A stretch of 64,000 nt of DNA, from contig MU058687.1 of the NCBI GenBank assembly GCA_013265495.1, forward strand, positions 806,001-870,000, read 5' to 3'. The position numbers were made by a program, and so were the translations under genes. Shown one piece after another: positions 47,468 to 60,917 of the stretch. This DNA comes from Vicugna vicugna (taxonomy: Eukaryota). Each line of letters starts with the position of its first letter. The stretch's first letter is position 1. Below the pieces are notes generated by a model. It did no database searches. It had not been told where the DNA came from and worked only from the letters and a program-made list of their open reading frames with translations.

Positions 47468-50400
47468 CTGGGGAGACAGGGAGATGGTGGGGTTCGCCTG
47501 TCAGCATCAGACGAGCAATCAGAGGCTGAGTGACCAATCCCAGCAGCATTCCCAGCAAGACTCCCTGACATCATGTTATGCATCCACTCGAAGGCTCCCT
47601 TTTTGTTGTCTCCCGCTGAGGACCTGGCTTGCTGGTATGGCTCCCTCTTCTCTCTGCCTTTGTGTGTGCCATGTCCCCTCCCTGGAACTCTTTCCCACTC
47701 CTCTCCACTTACCTAAGTCCTACTGTTCTCTCAAGCCCCCCTCCCCATCCCTGATGACCTGTCTCCAGCAGCTGCTCCCTCCCCTGAACAACTAGGAGCC
47801 CTCACCATGCACAGCAGGCATACTCGCTATGCCATCATCAGCGTGATGGGTTTTTTATGTCTGTGTCTCAGCTTCTAGATAATATGGTCAGCACCTCCAA
47901 GTGTAGTGACTGTCCCTTACACTTCTTTGTCTCCTTAGCTCCTAACATATGCCTACCAATGACACAATCATTATTGTTTTTATTACGGCAGCTAATATCT
48001 ATTCAGTACTTACAATATGCCAGGCACTATGCTTTGCATACACTGTCTCATTCAAGCTGAAAACAATCCTATGGAGCAAATGTGATTATGATTCTCATCT
48101 CAATGCCTCTGAAGCTCAGAGAGGTTAAAAGACATGCCTGGGGTCAATGGTGGATCAAGGATTCGAATCCAGGTCTGTTTGACTAAAAAGCTCAGGCTCT
48201 TTCCACCCCACTGCCTCCCAGCAAGGCTCAACCATCTCTGAACCTTGGCCTGGAGCTGATAATAAAACAAAAGGGATCTGCTGGCTTCAAGTCAGCCACC
48301 TAATGCACCCTTGTGTGGGAAGCTGCACATCACAGGTTGGCTTTGGTGGTGGAGATCTCAGGATCCCATCCCTCTCAAAGCCCAAATAGTCAGTCTCGGA
48401 CTGTGGGAGGATGTTTACTAGCTCATGCATTCATTCAGTGAACATTCACTGAGCACTCACTAGGTGTGAGGCTTGTGGTAAAAAGCATCCCACTCTCAAG
48501 AAGTGTACTGTCTCACATAGAAGCCAGGACATAAGTCATGTGATAAGTATCAGCCAGAGCCTCTAACCAAGGTTGCAGCAAGGAGAAGGGAAAATCACAG
48601 AGGGCTTCCTGGAGGAGGTGGTGCCGACCAGAGACACAAAGGGTAAGTAGATTGGGCATCATGTCAACCAAGGGTAGCCTGCGTACTCAGGGGAGAGTGG
48701 GGCAATGACAGGTCTCACTGTAGGATTCCAACCATGAGCTGGATCCTAAGGCCAGAGCATTTTCTTTAGTGCCTGGTTCCAAGGATGTGGCAGCGGCAGA
48801 CTCCAGACTCCAGATGAACAGATCATGTCAGAAAATTGTAACCCTAAACACGTACCCAAACAATAAACTGCCACTATGGCAGGATTTTGGCCTATCACCT
48901 GGCTGACACTCCACCTGTGCAGGCAGAGTTAGCCCCTCAACTGCCTGCCAAGCCCCTATCATCACCATTATCACCACTGGAGACATGGTCTGCTGGGGTC
49001 AGCCTAGCAGCCAAATGAGGGCCAGAGAACACTGGGGAAGCAGGTTTGCCAGGACAGGTGTCTGCCCTGGTTTATCTTAGACAGGGAGTAAAAAGGGAAG
49101 GCCTGAGTGGTTTCCAATGCAGACCACAGACGCTGCCTCATTCCTAGCCTCTTGGACCTACACCTCTCTGCTGGCCAAGCCTGGCGTGGGTGAGGGGAAG
49201 GTCACGCATCCTCTCCTGGTCTCTGTCTCACTTCCACCTTGGTCCCTGCCTGTAAGATGGCCTTTCAAAACCAGTCTAGCTTCCGTCCTTCCCCTCCTGG
49301 GCCCAAGAATGGCCCATCCCTGACTTTAACAATAAGGGCTTTCACTCTCTAGAAACCCAAGACCCCACATCTTTCAGACTGAGCCCTGTGCTGTCCTATG
49401 ACTCATTTACTTCTGGTTCTGCCTTATTTGCTAATACCTCTGCACACATTTAGTGAGCACCTTTTCTTGGTCAGATTGGGTTCCAAGGGTACAAAGATAG
49501 CAAGACTGGTTACCATGTGGAGGAAGCTCTGTCCAGTGGTGGGTTCTCAGAACCATGGAAGCCCTTCATCACCAGGTAATTAGGTCCTCAGTGAGGACCA
49601 GGGTTGGAAAACTTCGGTTGCTAGAACAAATAGCTCATGGAAAGTAGGTGGGTGGGGGGAAACTATACAATTGGCATTTAAATATGCATATAATATCGTG
49701 GTCCATAAAAGTTCTAAAAGGCTTCCAAACCAGCCAGATCTGTTGGCAGGAAAAACCTGCTTGGGAAGATAACCTTTCTGGACCAACCATTTATGAAACT
49801 GCACAGAGGCCAAACCTGCTAAGAGAGGTCCTCCAACAAGTGTCAGGATTTCAGAGGTTTTGAGCCAGTTCTCACCACTTCATTTGCATCCTCTCCTGTG
49901 TTGTCTTCACACATCTCATCAGGAAGCGATTTTCTCACTAAAGTGTTCGAGCATTTTGTTCTGAGCTGAGCATCTGCATGGTGGAATTGTAGTATAAACT
50001 CCTCTCTTCTCTCTCCAGTCCTTCAAAAGCCACCCCCAAGAAGCCCCAGATGGTGGCTCCAAGTATGTATCTATGAAAGGGGACATTCTTAGGACAGTTT
50101 TTATTGGTCTGCCATAAAACCAGGAAAATAAAGTTCCTGTGACTCTTGTAATGGTATTTTATTTTGCATTTAAAAAGTGTCCTTTATTTTGAGATTATGT
50201 CTTTCCTACTTTTTTGGTGTTAGAATGTTCTTTTTTAATTAAAGATGACAGCAAATGGTAGTTTGCTTTTCTAATATCTCCACTTGGCAAAATGAAAAGC
50301 TGGCTACTGTACTTTGGTACCTAAGATGTTTTCGGATATTTACTGGTGCGTGAAATCCAAACGTTCGGAAGGAACCCTTTGGGAGAGAGGGGGCAACAGT

Positions 50401-51544
50401 GGTCATGTGCCTTTTGTTTAAAGGAGAACTGAAGCAAAACATTCCTAAGTCAAATGAGCACAGATTTCAAGACTGAATTATCAGAAAGGAGATCAACCAT
50501 GGCAGAATCGCCGGTGGCAGGGGCTGCTGCATAAAGCAAGGGAGGAAATGCCAGGAGACCCTGGAGAGGCAGTTTCTGCAGTGCTGTGGGAATTTTAGGA
50601 GAGAAAATTCCCAACCATGGCGGGCTGGGCAGTCTCTGTGTTTTGCTCTTGGAACCTCATTCTTCCCGTTTTCCCACAAGAGCAGAGGTCATGCCTGATA
50701 CTTGAGAAATCAACCCAGGATGGGGTCTATGGCTTTAATGAGTCTTCGTTGATTGACTGATTATTGGTGAAGGGTTATCAAGCATGATGCCAAGATGCCC
50801 ACGTTTAGCCATCGAGGATGCACCCAACCCCTCCCTTTCGGAGGCCAGCATCCTCAGAGACCAGAAGGTGATGCTGTTCCCAGCCTCCCTGTGCCCACTT
50901 GCCAATGCCAGTCTTTAGCCATTCATAATTTGGGCTCCTCCTGAACCCTGGCTTTTCCACACTTCCCTGGCACTCTCTTTCTCACTGAGGATTGGACATG
51001 TGGAAAGTTTCAGCTTTGGGAGTTCAGCTCTGTGGAGTGAGCAGGATGCCAAAAGAAAGGGGAATAAAAAAAAAAAACTCCCGAAATTGCATGGAAAGTA
51101 AGAAATAGAAGGCATCGTTCTCCCCAGCCCCCACCTCCTGGCTGTGCCCCCTCTACCTTCACTCTGCTCCAAACAGTTGAGCAGAGGTTAGCTCAGATTT
51201 TCCACACAAAACTCCTACCTTTGAGAGGAGACCAAACTCAGAATGGGCAGGCCTGGGGGAGATTCTGGAAACAGCCCCCACCATGCAGGCTGCTCCTACC
51301 ATCCACTGGGAGACTCTGTGACCAGCTTCTTGGTAGCAAAAAGAAGATGAGGTTGGGAGTTAGAAGGATGTGGTTTGACCCCAGCTCAGCCACGTTCCAG
51401 CTGTGTGACCTTGGGCAAGTCTCATCTCACTGGGATGTCTCAACCAGTACCTCAGTTATCTCACCCATAAAATGAGTCTGACAATTCCTGCCTCAAAGAG
51501 TTGTGTGTCTCAACAGAGACCATGGATGTGAAGTACGCTGTACT

Positions 51545-51747
51545 CTGTGCTATCCAATACAGTCTGATGCTGTAGCCATGAGTTATATTTAAATTTAAAT
51601 TGATTAACTTAAATTAAATTTAAAATTCACTTTCTCAGATGCACTAACCACATTTCAAGGGCTCAGTAGCCACATGTGGCTTGTGGATACCATGTTGGAT
51701 GGCAAAATACAGAACATTTCCACAGAAAGTTGTATTAGACAGCATTG
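51545..51747 (-). mobile_element. MER3/MER33-like hAT-Charlie element
   Basis: ctgtgctatccaatac...aaattaaatttaaaattcac...ccacatttcaagggctcagtagccacatgtggc...agaaagttgtattagacagc. Confidence 0.8.
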
Positions 51748-52659
51748 CAAAGCTTAAAAAAGAGAACAAAACAAATCACACCTCCAGTGGCAGAAGCAAG
51801 AAGGCTTCTGAACTTCTCTGCCATGACCTTTTTCCCGGGGAAGGGCAATGACAATGCAGGCCCTGTTCAGAGAGATGGACCAAGCACTGTTGGGCGGAGG
51901 CAAGGCTGTTCTTCAGGTGTTAAATACAGCCAGTCCCCTCTCCACCTCCTCCCACCCCCACCAGGCAGAGCTTTTTCTCTCTCCTGGGACCTAGAGATGC
52001 CTTCTCCCTCCATCAGCTATCCATTAGATGAGACACTGACTTCAGGGCAGGCCCCTTAAGCCTCCTCCAGCACCATGCCCTAGTGTCTGGCAGATGAACC
52101 TAGATTCCACATTAGACTCTGGGCCCAGAACCCTCACACCTGAAGCTCAGCTGCTCCTCAGATTAAACCTCCATCTTTTCTAAACTCTATGTCAGTGGGA
52201 CACTAAGAACCTCCCCACTGAGCTACTCGGTACCCCCCTCAGGACGACTCTTCCACACCTAGAGGCCTTTGCAGGCAGGACAGGCTCCTACCACCTTCAG
52301 TACTGATCACAGCCCTTCCCTGAGCACCCCACCTTAGACCCCTACCTGGAGGCCTCAGTTTGCCCCTGGAATTCACTATCTGTGGCCTATCTGTGTCTAT
52401 CTGTGGCCGTGAGCTGTTTCTCCACAGCCTTGACCTTTGATTTCCACGGAGAAGGAATCCTGATGTCAGAGCTCCCCAAGGCCAGGAAATCCCTGCTTGT
52501 CCCCCACATACCCTCAGAATCCACCAGCGAACTGGTCTTTTCACCCCCAAGCTCTGTGCAGAGGCTGTGTCCCCCATGCCCCAACTTCAGCCCTGAGCCT
52601 CCAGGCTGTGAGAGAAGTCAGGTCCTCAAGGACTCACCCTGCTCCCACCACAGCTGTGC

Positions 52660-53070
52660 TGGGGCCGCAGCTCAGGACGGCTGGAAACAGCAATGGAGCT
52701 CAGGGGCCAGCCAAGCGCCGGTCTCCAAAATAGCAGTTGTGTTCACATAAAAGCCTCTAATGAGAGAAAGATGCCGTTCTTGGCCCCTCGCGCGCACTCT
52801 GCAGACACCGTCTGGCAGGCCGAGTGGGCCTCTACCGTTTGGCGGCCGGAGGGGAGGAAAGGGAGGTGTGAGTCAGACCTTGGCCCCCAGCCCCTCTGCA
52901 TGAACCGCCCTGCTAATTGCATTAACAAATGCCGAGATGCTGGGCCAGTCGGGGGCCGGGGGCCAGGGTCTGGGGCAGAGAGCAGCCCCAATTCCCACAG
53001 CTCCAGCAGGCACGAGGAGGGAGAACACTGAGCAGGGCTGAGGCCTGGGTTTGCCTTAGCTCCTGCCGTA
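52660..53070. promoter_or_regulatory. Candidate CpG-rich intronic enhancer
   Basis: About 19 CpGs by eye in ~410 bp, TGAGTCAGAC (AP-1 overlapping a Smad CAGAC box) at 52869-52878, and CTAATTGCATTAAC. Confidence 0.4.
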
Positions 53071-53529
53071 AAGCAGAAATCACCTGTCCTTCCCCATTGC
53101 AGCTCCAAGAGCTTTGTTTGGGAGGAGGCAGGGATGTAAAAGCCAGAGTGCCAGAGAGGTCCCTGGAGATAAGAGAAGGATGGGGTGGGGTCTTGGAGCA
53201 GACCCCTTCAGGAAGAAGCCCCTGGGACCCAGTCTTTGCCAGGGGAGCAGCTCCAGGGCATGGAAGACAGTTCTGTGGCTGACAGGGAGCCATCCAAGCC
53301 CTTCTGCAGCTGCACCAGCTCCATGCCCAGGACCCAGGAAAGTCAAGAGGGAAGAAACACACCCTTCCCACTTACAACTCAGCCAAGGCCAGGGCAGAAG
53401 TGAGGAAGAGAGAGCAGCCTTACAGTCAAAGAGACCTGCATTTGAATTCCAACCCCATGTGACCTCAGACAAGGTTCTTCACCTCTGCGACCCTCAGTGC
53501 CCTCATCTAGGAAATGATCGTGCATCCAA

Positions 53530-54560
53530 CGTTTACTGTTTGTCTAGGATGGTAAGCAAGACAGATACTGTCCTTTTATTCCTGGAGCCTCCCTTCAGTT
53601 TAGTCAGAGAGACTCACAGAGAAAGTAACCAAAACAAGTACAGGGACAGAAATTGGGATATGAATGATGAAGGAAACAATCAAGGGCTGAGACCCAGAAT
53701 AACAAGGCTGGTGGGGGCAACTCTGGACAGAGTGGTTAGGGGAGCTTGAAATGAAGACTGGAAAGAGGACAGGAGCCAGCCACCCAAAGAGATGAGGAAA
53801 AGCAAACACAGGGAGAGTGGCATATGCAAAAGCCCAGGGGCAGCACATTCCAGGAACACAGGCTAGATTTGGTGAGTGAGAAGCTGAGAGACGAGGCCGG
53901 ACACCATTGCCACAGAAAGATTTAAACAGGGATGTGTTATGACCTAATTTATAGAGAAAGAACTGGAGAGTAAAGCGGGGGCAGTGGGAGCAGTCATTCG
54001 GCTGCAGCAGTCACCAAGGAGAGTGTGCTGGTGACCAAGACAAGAGAAGCAACAGGGGGCAGGGAAAAGCAGACAGACCCCCAAGAGATTTAGGAAGTAA
54101 AGCAAACAGGGCTAAGTGATGGAGTGGATAAAAGCCTGAGTGAAAGGAGGGTGTCCCGGATGGTCCCCAGGTGCCGGCTCGAGCATTCCAGTGGTGATGA
54201 CTTTTAACAGGGTGGGTGAGACCTGGACAGGGGAGCTGGCCCAGAGGGAAGAGAACCATGAGCTTGCTTTGGACAAGCTGGGATGGGGATATCTGGGAGG
54301 CATCAAGAGCAGATGTTGAGGAGGCAGCAGGACGAAAGAAGTCTGGAGGTCGGAGGAGAGGTCTGGCTGAAGATGTACATAAATCTGGGCGTCGTCAGCC
54401 CAGAGACAGTGTTTACATCCATGGGAATGCATTAGATCATTCCACGAGCAGCGCAGTGAGAAAGAAAAGAAGAGGACACAGAACTCAGTCCTGGGAAACC
54501 CGACGTTTAGTTGCTGGGTAGAGGAGAAGCACAGCCAGGGACACAGGAGGGGTCAGGACG
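53530..54560. mobile_element. Long L2 LINE fragment
   Basis: gcatatgcaaaagcccagggg, tttaaacagggatgtgttatgacc, ggagaggtctggctgaagatgtacataaatctgggcgtcgtcagc motifs of L2. Confidence 0.75.
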
Positions 54561-57500
54561 GACAGTGACATGGTGGCCACTCACATGAAGGGGGTTGAAG
54601 TGTTTAGCGTGGTCCCTGACACAGAGCGAGCGTTGTCACTCATTATTATTGCATGTTAATAGTCTGGCACAGTGCCTACTGGTGCTCAATACCGGGGGGG
54701 AAACTAATGCTGGGCTTGCTTCCCATGACCCTCCTCCTTGTGTGGGGGATTTGGAAGATCTGGGGAAAGACCAGAGGCAGCCCGACATTAAGATGTTGGG
54801 TAGAAAAGGAGAAGCTAGCCAAGGAGTTGAGAAGAGGCCGTGGGAGATGGTGGGAGGAGACTACCAGCTCACCTGTGTGGTCATTCACCTGCTCAGTCCT
54901 TTAACAAACATGTACCATGTAGGCACTCCACTGGGATGAACAGGACACAGCCCGGCTTCAGGACCCACTGGATAAGAGCATCTCCTAAATTCTCCTTTGA
55001 GCAAAAAAACTTGGGGGCACACACTACTCACCAGGAAGATCTAAGGTGCCCCTACATGGTGTCGGGAGAAATGGGCAGCATCTCTTGCTAGGACTGTACC
55101 TTTCATGTTAGTTGGGTCTCCACTGAGGTCATGTGATTATTCCCCTTAGTGTCTTCCACTTTCCTCTCCACCACTCCCGCCAACTACTGAGTCTCATAGG
55201 ATGGTTCATCCAGAGATGAGCCACATGCAGGGTCAAGCCTCTGGCCCCTAGCAGTTCCTAACCAGTCAGTAAAGAATCTGCAAATCCTACTTCTGTTCTG
55301 ACCCTTTTCCCTAACATTTGTTCAGCACTTATCATTATGAGGCCCTGGGGCTGATTTCCCTACATATATCTCCTCTGAACAGTCTTATAACTAGTACATG
55401 TACTAGTCTGATCTGCACTGGACATATGGAGAAACAGGCTCAGAGCAGTCCAGCAGCTTGCCAGAGATCACCATGCTAGTAAATGATGGAGCAGGGTTTG
55501 AACTCGGAGTCTGGTTCCAAAGTTGGGGCTCTTCCCTACCTGGTCATAGTCTTGTCCTGTGGGATGGAGTCATTTATAGGTCTGGGATGGGTGGGCCAAG
55601 GGAACCCCCTCAGGGAGGACAAGAAGAAGCTCAGATCAGGAGGGATGGGGTCCTCACAGCACTGAGACGTGGACCTGAAGCCAGGTTGTTCTAATGGCTC
55701 CATGTGCACAGAGGCTCAGGACCAAACGCAAGAGCAAATGCCCAGGCCATTCCAAGGTCTCCTGAGCACCATGCGGAGTTTTCTGAAAGAGTTGATGGAC
55801 CCGGGGCAGCAGAAGGGGATCTCTCAGCACAGACCTGGGAAAGGTCCTGTGTAATTCAGTACATACTTGTTCAGCTTTTTCCTCATATCCAATGAACACT
55901 TGCCATCATGCTGCATGCTGGGGGCCGTGAGACACAGTCCCTGCCCTCAACATTGAGGCCAGACGTGTGTAGATCACACAGAACATGCCAGACCTTGAGC
56001 TAAACCTTTATCCTAAGTTATTTCATCGATTCCTTACTATTCTGTGAGGCAGGGACTAGTATTAGTCACCTTGTACAGAAAAGGAAACTGAGGTACAGAG
56101 AGCTTAAGCATCTTGCTCAGGGTCTCATAACTAAGTGATGGAGCCGGGATTTAAACCCAGGCAGGTAGCACAGTCTCTTGGATCTAGATTAAAATCACAG
56201 CTAAGCTCACCATGTGCCAGGCTCTCTATACACACTTGCTCGTTTCCCAGGAGCACGGTGTTAAGCCCTGTCCTCTGGAACAGGCTACCTGGATTCACAC
56301 CCAGACTCTGCTGATTCTCAGCTACAAGACTCGGACAGTTGGTTAACTTCATCTGTAAATGGGGATAAAGATCAAATCTAGTTTGTAGGGTTGTGAGGAC
56401 TAAAAGTTAATAACAAACTTCTGACCCACAGTAAGAGCTACAGTGTTTTATTATTATTAATCCTCAAAAACAGCTCTATAGAGATTGTTATACCCACTTA
56501 ATGGATGAAGCTCTGTGGCTGGAAGAGAGCCAGGCACTTGCCTGAGGACACAGAGCTGGGATTCAAATCCATGACTCCTTAAATCTGGCACCAGACTCTA
56601 AAGCACATGCTCTTAATTTTGAACCTTACTGCTGGGGTAGGGGGTGGGAGGAATAGTAAGCCACATAGCCCCCTCCTCAATAGCCTTCTGCCTTCCCCCA
56701 GACAGCCTCAGCCCCTGTGCATCTAGCCTGAGATAAAATGAGAAGCCAAATGATTCTTTACATCCTCTTCCCCAGTGTGAGCTTTCAGAAGCCCCCCAAG
56801 GGTTGTGTGTCTGGGTGTATTGGGGAGAGCCAGTCTGGGAAGACTGAACAGTCTTCCAAAAGCCCTAACTATAACCCCACACCCTACAGTCCTTCCCCTC
56901 AGCTGAGTGGCCAGCAGGCCCCAGTCAGCTGCCTCCACAGATACATAAACACACAAATCGTGTAGCAGAGCTAGCAAAGCCGCAGAAGGAAAGGCAGGTA
57001 CAAGACCGGAGGAGGAGAGGAGGCCCCACTCCAGACCCCGCCAGGGTGCAGGCAGGAGCTGGGCTTCCAGCAATGGACACCTGCAGACACAGTGGCTCCC
57101 TGAGGTCCAGTGACTGGACAGGTATGAAGAAAGGGCCCTGCCAGGGAGATGGCAGGTGTGTCCCAACAACCAAGGATTCTGTGAGAGGAGGCAAGGGGAA
57201 TCAGGGGGTGGCCCAGGGGACAAAGGCCATCAGTCCCTGTGCATAGGCAGTGGGTCAGACCTACAGATACCTGGGAGAGACTGAGTTCCCACACTGTTCT
57301 GGGACTAGACTTCATTCTTGGTAGGTGAGGGGGTGTCACACTCCACTCCCTGTCAGGTCCCCCCTCTCCTACCAGACCAGGGGAGGCACCCCGCATGTGG
57401 GAAACCACTAGGCCAGAGCCATGAGCATTTCTCTGCTTTGGCAGTCTCAGCCCTAGCCAGAAGGGCAGCTGTGGGGAGGGGACAGGGCAATGCAAACCAC

Positions 57501-58221
57501 TGGGGACACGGGAGAGCCAGCTGACAGGGTGTGGAACCAAGAGCCCCAGACTTGACAGAGCTCCGGACCTAGTCATCCAGGGCCAACACCCTACCGCCCA
57601 CGTGGTTCTTGTTAGGTTTATTAGCAGCAAAATAGCAATAAGCAAACAGCACTGGGTCCAGCTAATTAGCACACAGACCTTCAGTGGGCAAGCTGACTTC
57701 AAGTGGGAAAGGCTAACGCCCACTGGCAATTCCTCCAGGATCTCCGCCAGATTGCACTCCAGGGTCATGGGGACAACTTGGGAGCAGCGGGGTGAGAGAG
57801 CCAGGCAGAGAAACCATGGGGCCGAGGACCCTCCGGGTGGTGTGGGTACTGACAGCAGGCTAGAGCAGCCCCCACTCGGGGCATAGGGGTGCATATACAC
57901 ATCGGTTCTGTCAATCTGCAGACTCATCCAATCTTGAGTTTCCAGTGTTGAAACTCCAGTTTGGCAGAGAATGATGCTGGAAAGTCATGAGCCATTTAGG
58001 AAACCGAAAACCTTCAGGGATGGAGGGCCGGAGTGAGGCCCATGCCCAGACCCCTCGGGCAGCTGGGGAGAAGCCCCACCCCTCTGAAGCCACCCTCTCC
58101 AGCTTCAGTTTAAACCTCAGCAACACTCTGTGCTGAGCTCACTAGAACTTATGAACCCTCCTCCTCATCCCCAGCCCCAAATCCCTTCCAAGGCCTCCAG
58201 AGGCACCCCCAATCCTCAGAC

Positions 58222-58385
58222 CCTGCTACTCAAAGTATGGTATAGGGACTAGCAGCATCAGCAGCCTGTGGGAGCTTGTTAGAAACATATTCTCCAGCCC
58301 TGCCACAGACCTGCTGAATCACAATCTGCACTTTAATAAGATCCCAGAGGATTCATGGGAACATTCAAATTTGAGTAGGGACCCC
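58222..58385 (+). mobile_element. MER5A-like hAT-Charlie element
   Basis: ctactcaaagtatggt...agcagcatcagcagcctgtgggagcttgttagaaac...cagacctgctgaatcacaatctgcactttaataagatccc. Confidence 0.85.
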
Positions 58386-59571
58386 CAAGGTGGATCCTCC
58401 TATGACTGATCCCAAACTCTGCTCAGTGGTCTTCAGCCCTGGTTAGCATCACCCACGGTGCTTTACAAACATACCACTGCCCAGCTCCCAGCCCCCAAGC
58501 TTCTCCTGAGGGTAAACTCACTTGGCTACCCACATCCCTGGCTTCTCTGCCCAGAGGAGTCATGATCACAAGTCCCAGATCCTCCTCTAATGAGCTGTGT
58601 GATCTTGGGCAAGTCATCTGAGGCTCACTGTTCTCCAACTTTAAAATGATGAAGAGGGATCTTTCCCCTAACTCTGCCTCCAGCCACAGAGCACCTGTCC
58701 TCTGAGAGCGCCCACTAACCTGGCTTCCCTGAAAAGAAAGAATTTTTAGGCAGAAATCTAATTTGCTGTTTGTTGATGAGTCTGGGGTTTTGGTTTCTTT
58801 ATCTGGAGACCCTTAGACCTAAGTCTGTCAGCCTTTCATCATCAGACTGGGAGACAGCAGGGCCATGAGGCCTGAGGTAGAACCAGAGGCTTGGTGAGCC
58901 AGCATCCCCTGCCCCGCAGGAATGAGAGCATCCTCATCACGTCTCCATCTTATCCCCACCTCAGGAGGCATCAGGAGAACTAGAAATGAGGGCATCCTTC
59001 AGGGATGGGACCACAGGTTTTGTCATGCACCTGGATCATTTGCTGTCAAACCCTCACACTGAAAAGGGTTTGTCCTTGGACAGGAAGGAGTGCTGGCGAG
59101 ACTGAGGCTTTACAGCCAGGCTTAGGGCAGAGGGTAGTGGCAGCTCCAGGAGGAACAGCTGGGCAGAGCTCCTGGCACTGCCATAAAGACCTGGGGGCTG
59201 ACGAGGGCTTGAGAGGGGCCCTGGGGTGTGAGAGAGAAAGACACAAAGGGCTCCGTGAAGCCCTCCTCCAGTCTGGCATCCCCTGTAGGGATCCCAGACT
59301 CCAAAAGGCCCAACCTCAGTTGGTGCTGGGAGGAAACAAAGCCCCATAGATAAGAATATGAGGTTTGGGGTCAGACAGCCTAGATCCAGCCTCAGTTCCA
59401 GTACTCAGAGGACTGTCTCCTTGGCTGTGTTTCCTAACCAACCTGAGCCTGTTTCCTCGATTGTAAGTGGGATGATCAGTAATACAGGATTATTGAGAGG
59501 CTTAATTAGGATGATGTATGTGAAAGAGCTTTAGCACAGTGTTGGGCATATAATAAATCCTCAGCTGTTAG

Positions 59572-59614
59572 TTAGTTGTAGTAGTAGTAGTATTGGTTGT
59601 AGTAGTAATGGTGG

Positions 59615-59651
<37 letters not shown>

Positions 59652-60000
59652 TCCGGTGGTGGTAGTAGTAGTACCGATGGTAGTAGTAGTAGTAGTGATG
59701 GTGGTAGAGGTGGTAGTAGTAGTAGTGATGGTAGTAGCAGTAGTAGTACTGGTGGTGGTAGTAGTAGTACCGATGGTAGTAGTAGTAGTAGTGATGGTGG
59801 TAGTAGAAGTAACAGTAGTAATGGTAGTAGTAGTGGTACTGATGGTAGCAGTAGTAGTGATGGTGGTAGAGGTGGTAGTGGTAGTAGTGATGGTAGTAGC
59901 AGTAGTAGTACCGATGGTAGTAGTAGCAGCAGTAGTAGTAGTAGTGATGGTGGTAGTAGTAGTAGTGATGGTAGCAGGAGGAGGAGTAATAATGGTAATG
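59572..60000. repeat. Complex (TAG/TGG/CAG/GAT)n trinucleotide array with a pure (CAG)11 at 59618-59650
   Basis: About 430 bp in a constant triplet register, directly after a MIR 3' end (59360-59570). Confidence 0.95.
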
Positions 60001-60846
60001 TACTACCATACACTGCCACCCCCAACTCACAGATGTAGAAAGTGAGGCCCACAAAGACAAGGTAAGATATCTAGCAGCAGGATGTAGTAATTAGGAAAAG
60101 GGACCCTGGAGTCAGGTTACCTGAGTTCAAACCTGCCATTTCCTGGCCGTGTGATCTTGAGCAAGTAGCCAGTCTGTACTTGTTTCCTCACCTGCCAAAC
60201 AGTGGCTCTCCCCGCCCACAGGACGTGTGAGGTGCGCCTTGCACGGGGTCAGTGGCTCTTGTGCCGCTGTTACCGCCTCCGATGATGCCATCAGTGGAGG
60301 CTTGGGCACAGAGAGATCTGGCTCCTCCTGCCTTGCTCCTTGGTCCCCATGTAACTAACATGACATCTCTCTTTTTCCTCATTCAGGCCAGCCTGCCAGG
60401 CTTCAGAGCCATCCTGAGGAAGACTGCTCCAGACACGGGCTCAGAGCCTGATCAGACCATCCTGGCAGATGCCATGTGCGCACTATTGAGTGGCGTCCCC
60501 CTGAACCCTGGAATGTGCGATGCAGAGGCTCTGGGCCAGGCATGTTCTACAGACCACGGGGTGCATGGGCACCATGGGGCAAGTTGGGGATGAGCCCCAA
60601 CACAGCAGGGCAGCAGGAGGGGGACACAGGAAGCTTGACAAACCTGCAGGGGGATTTTACGTGAGAAGATGTTTTCATTTGGGGGCATTTGAAAATCTCC
60701 CTTCCACAGCACGTTGCCTCTACCCTGGAGAGGGGCTGCCTCCTCAGGAGGCAGACTGAGGAAGACACTTGGGCTCCAGGTTCTAGAGTCACAGTACCTG
60801 GCTCACCTTGAGGGAGGGAGAGGGAGGATGGGGCAGAGGCACTCAC

Positions 60847-60917
60847 GTTTGATACAATGGTTGGTACTGTTAGCCGTGGTCCATCCCGGGCAGCACTGTC
60901 CCCCGCAGACATTCCTC
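60847..60917 (-). CDS. LTBP2: LTBP2 exon 2 (71 nt), (G)[23 protein letters not shown](P)
   Basis: Boundaries on minus strand: ccccacag|GAGGAATGTC ... TGTATCAAAC|gtgagt. Phase 2 to 1. This frame is absent from the supplied ORF track. Confidence 0.95.

Larger units (their letters stand above)
328..60917 (-). other. LTBP2: Span of LTBP2 coding exons 2-10 (gene extends past both window edges)
   Basis: Nine exons splice into one open frame of 1475 nt: [12 protein letters not shown]...[31 protein letters not shown]...[14 protein letters not shown]...CERGDTTT...[23 protein letters not shown]...[12 protein letters not shown] recognise this as LTBP2. Exon numbering is by recalled human structure. Confidence 0.97.

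Noticed and set aside
56971..57927. Longest ORF in the track (318 aa, minus strand)
   Set aside because: No recognisable domain; composition is typical of GC-rich intron; exons 2 and 3 already join in frame without it.
59561..60060. Three overlapping 150-163 aa ORFs (poly-Leu/Pro, poly-Tyr/His/Cys, poly-Val/Ala)
   Set aside because: They are readings of a trinucleotide repeat that lacks stops in those frames. No splice signals or domain content support a gene.
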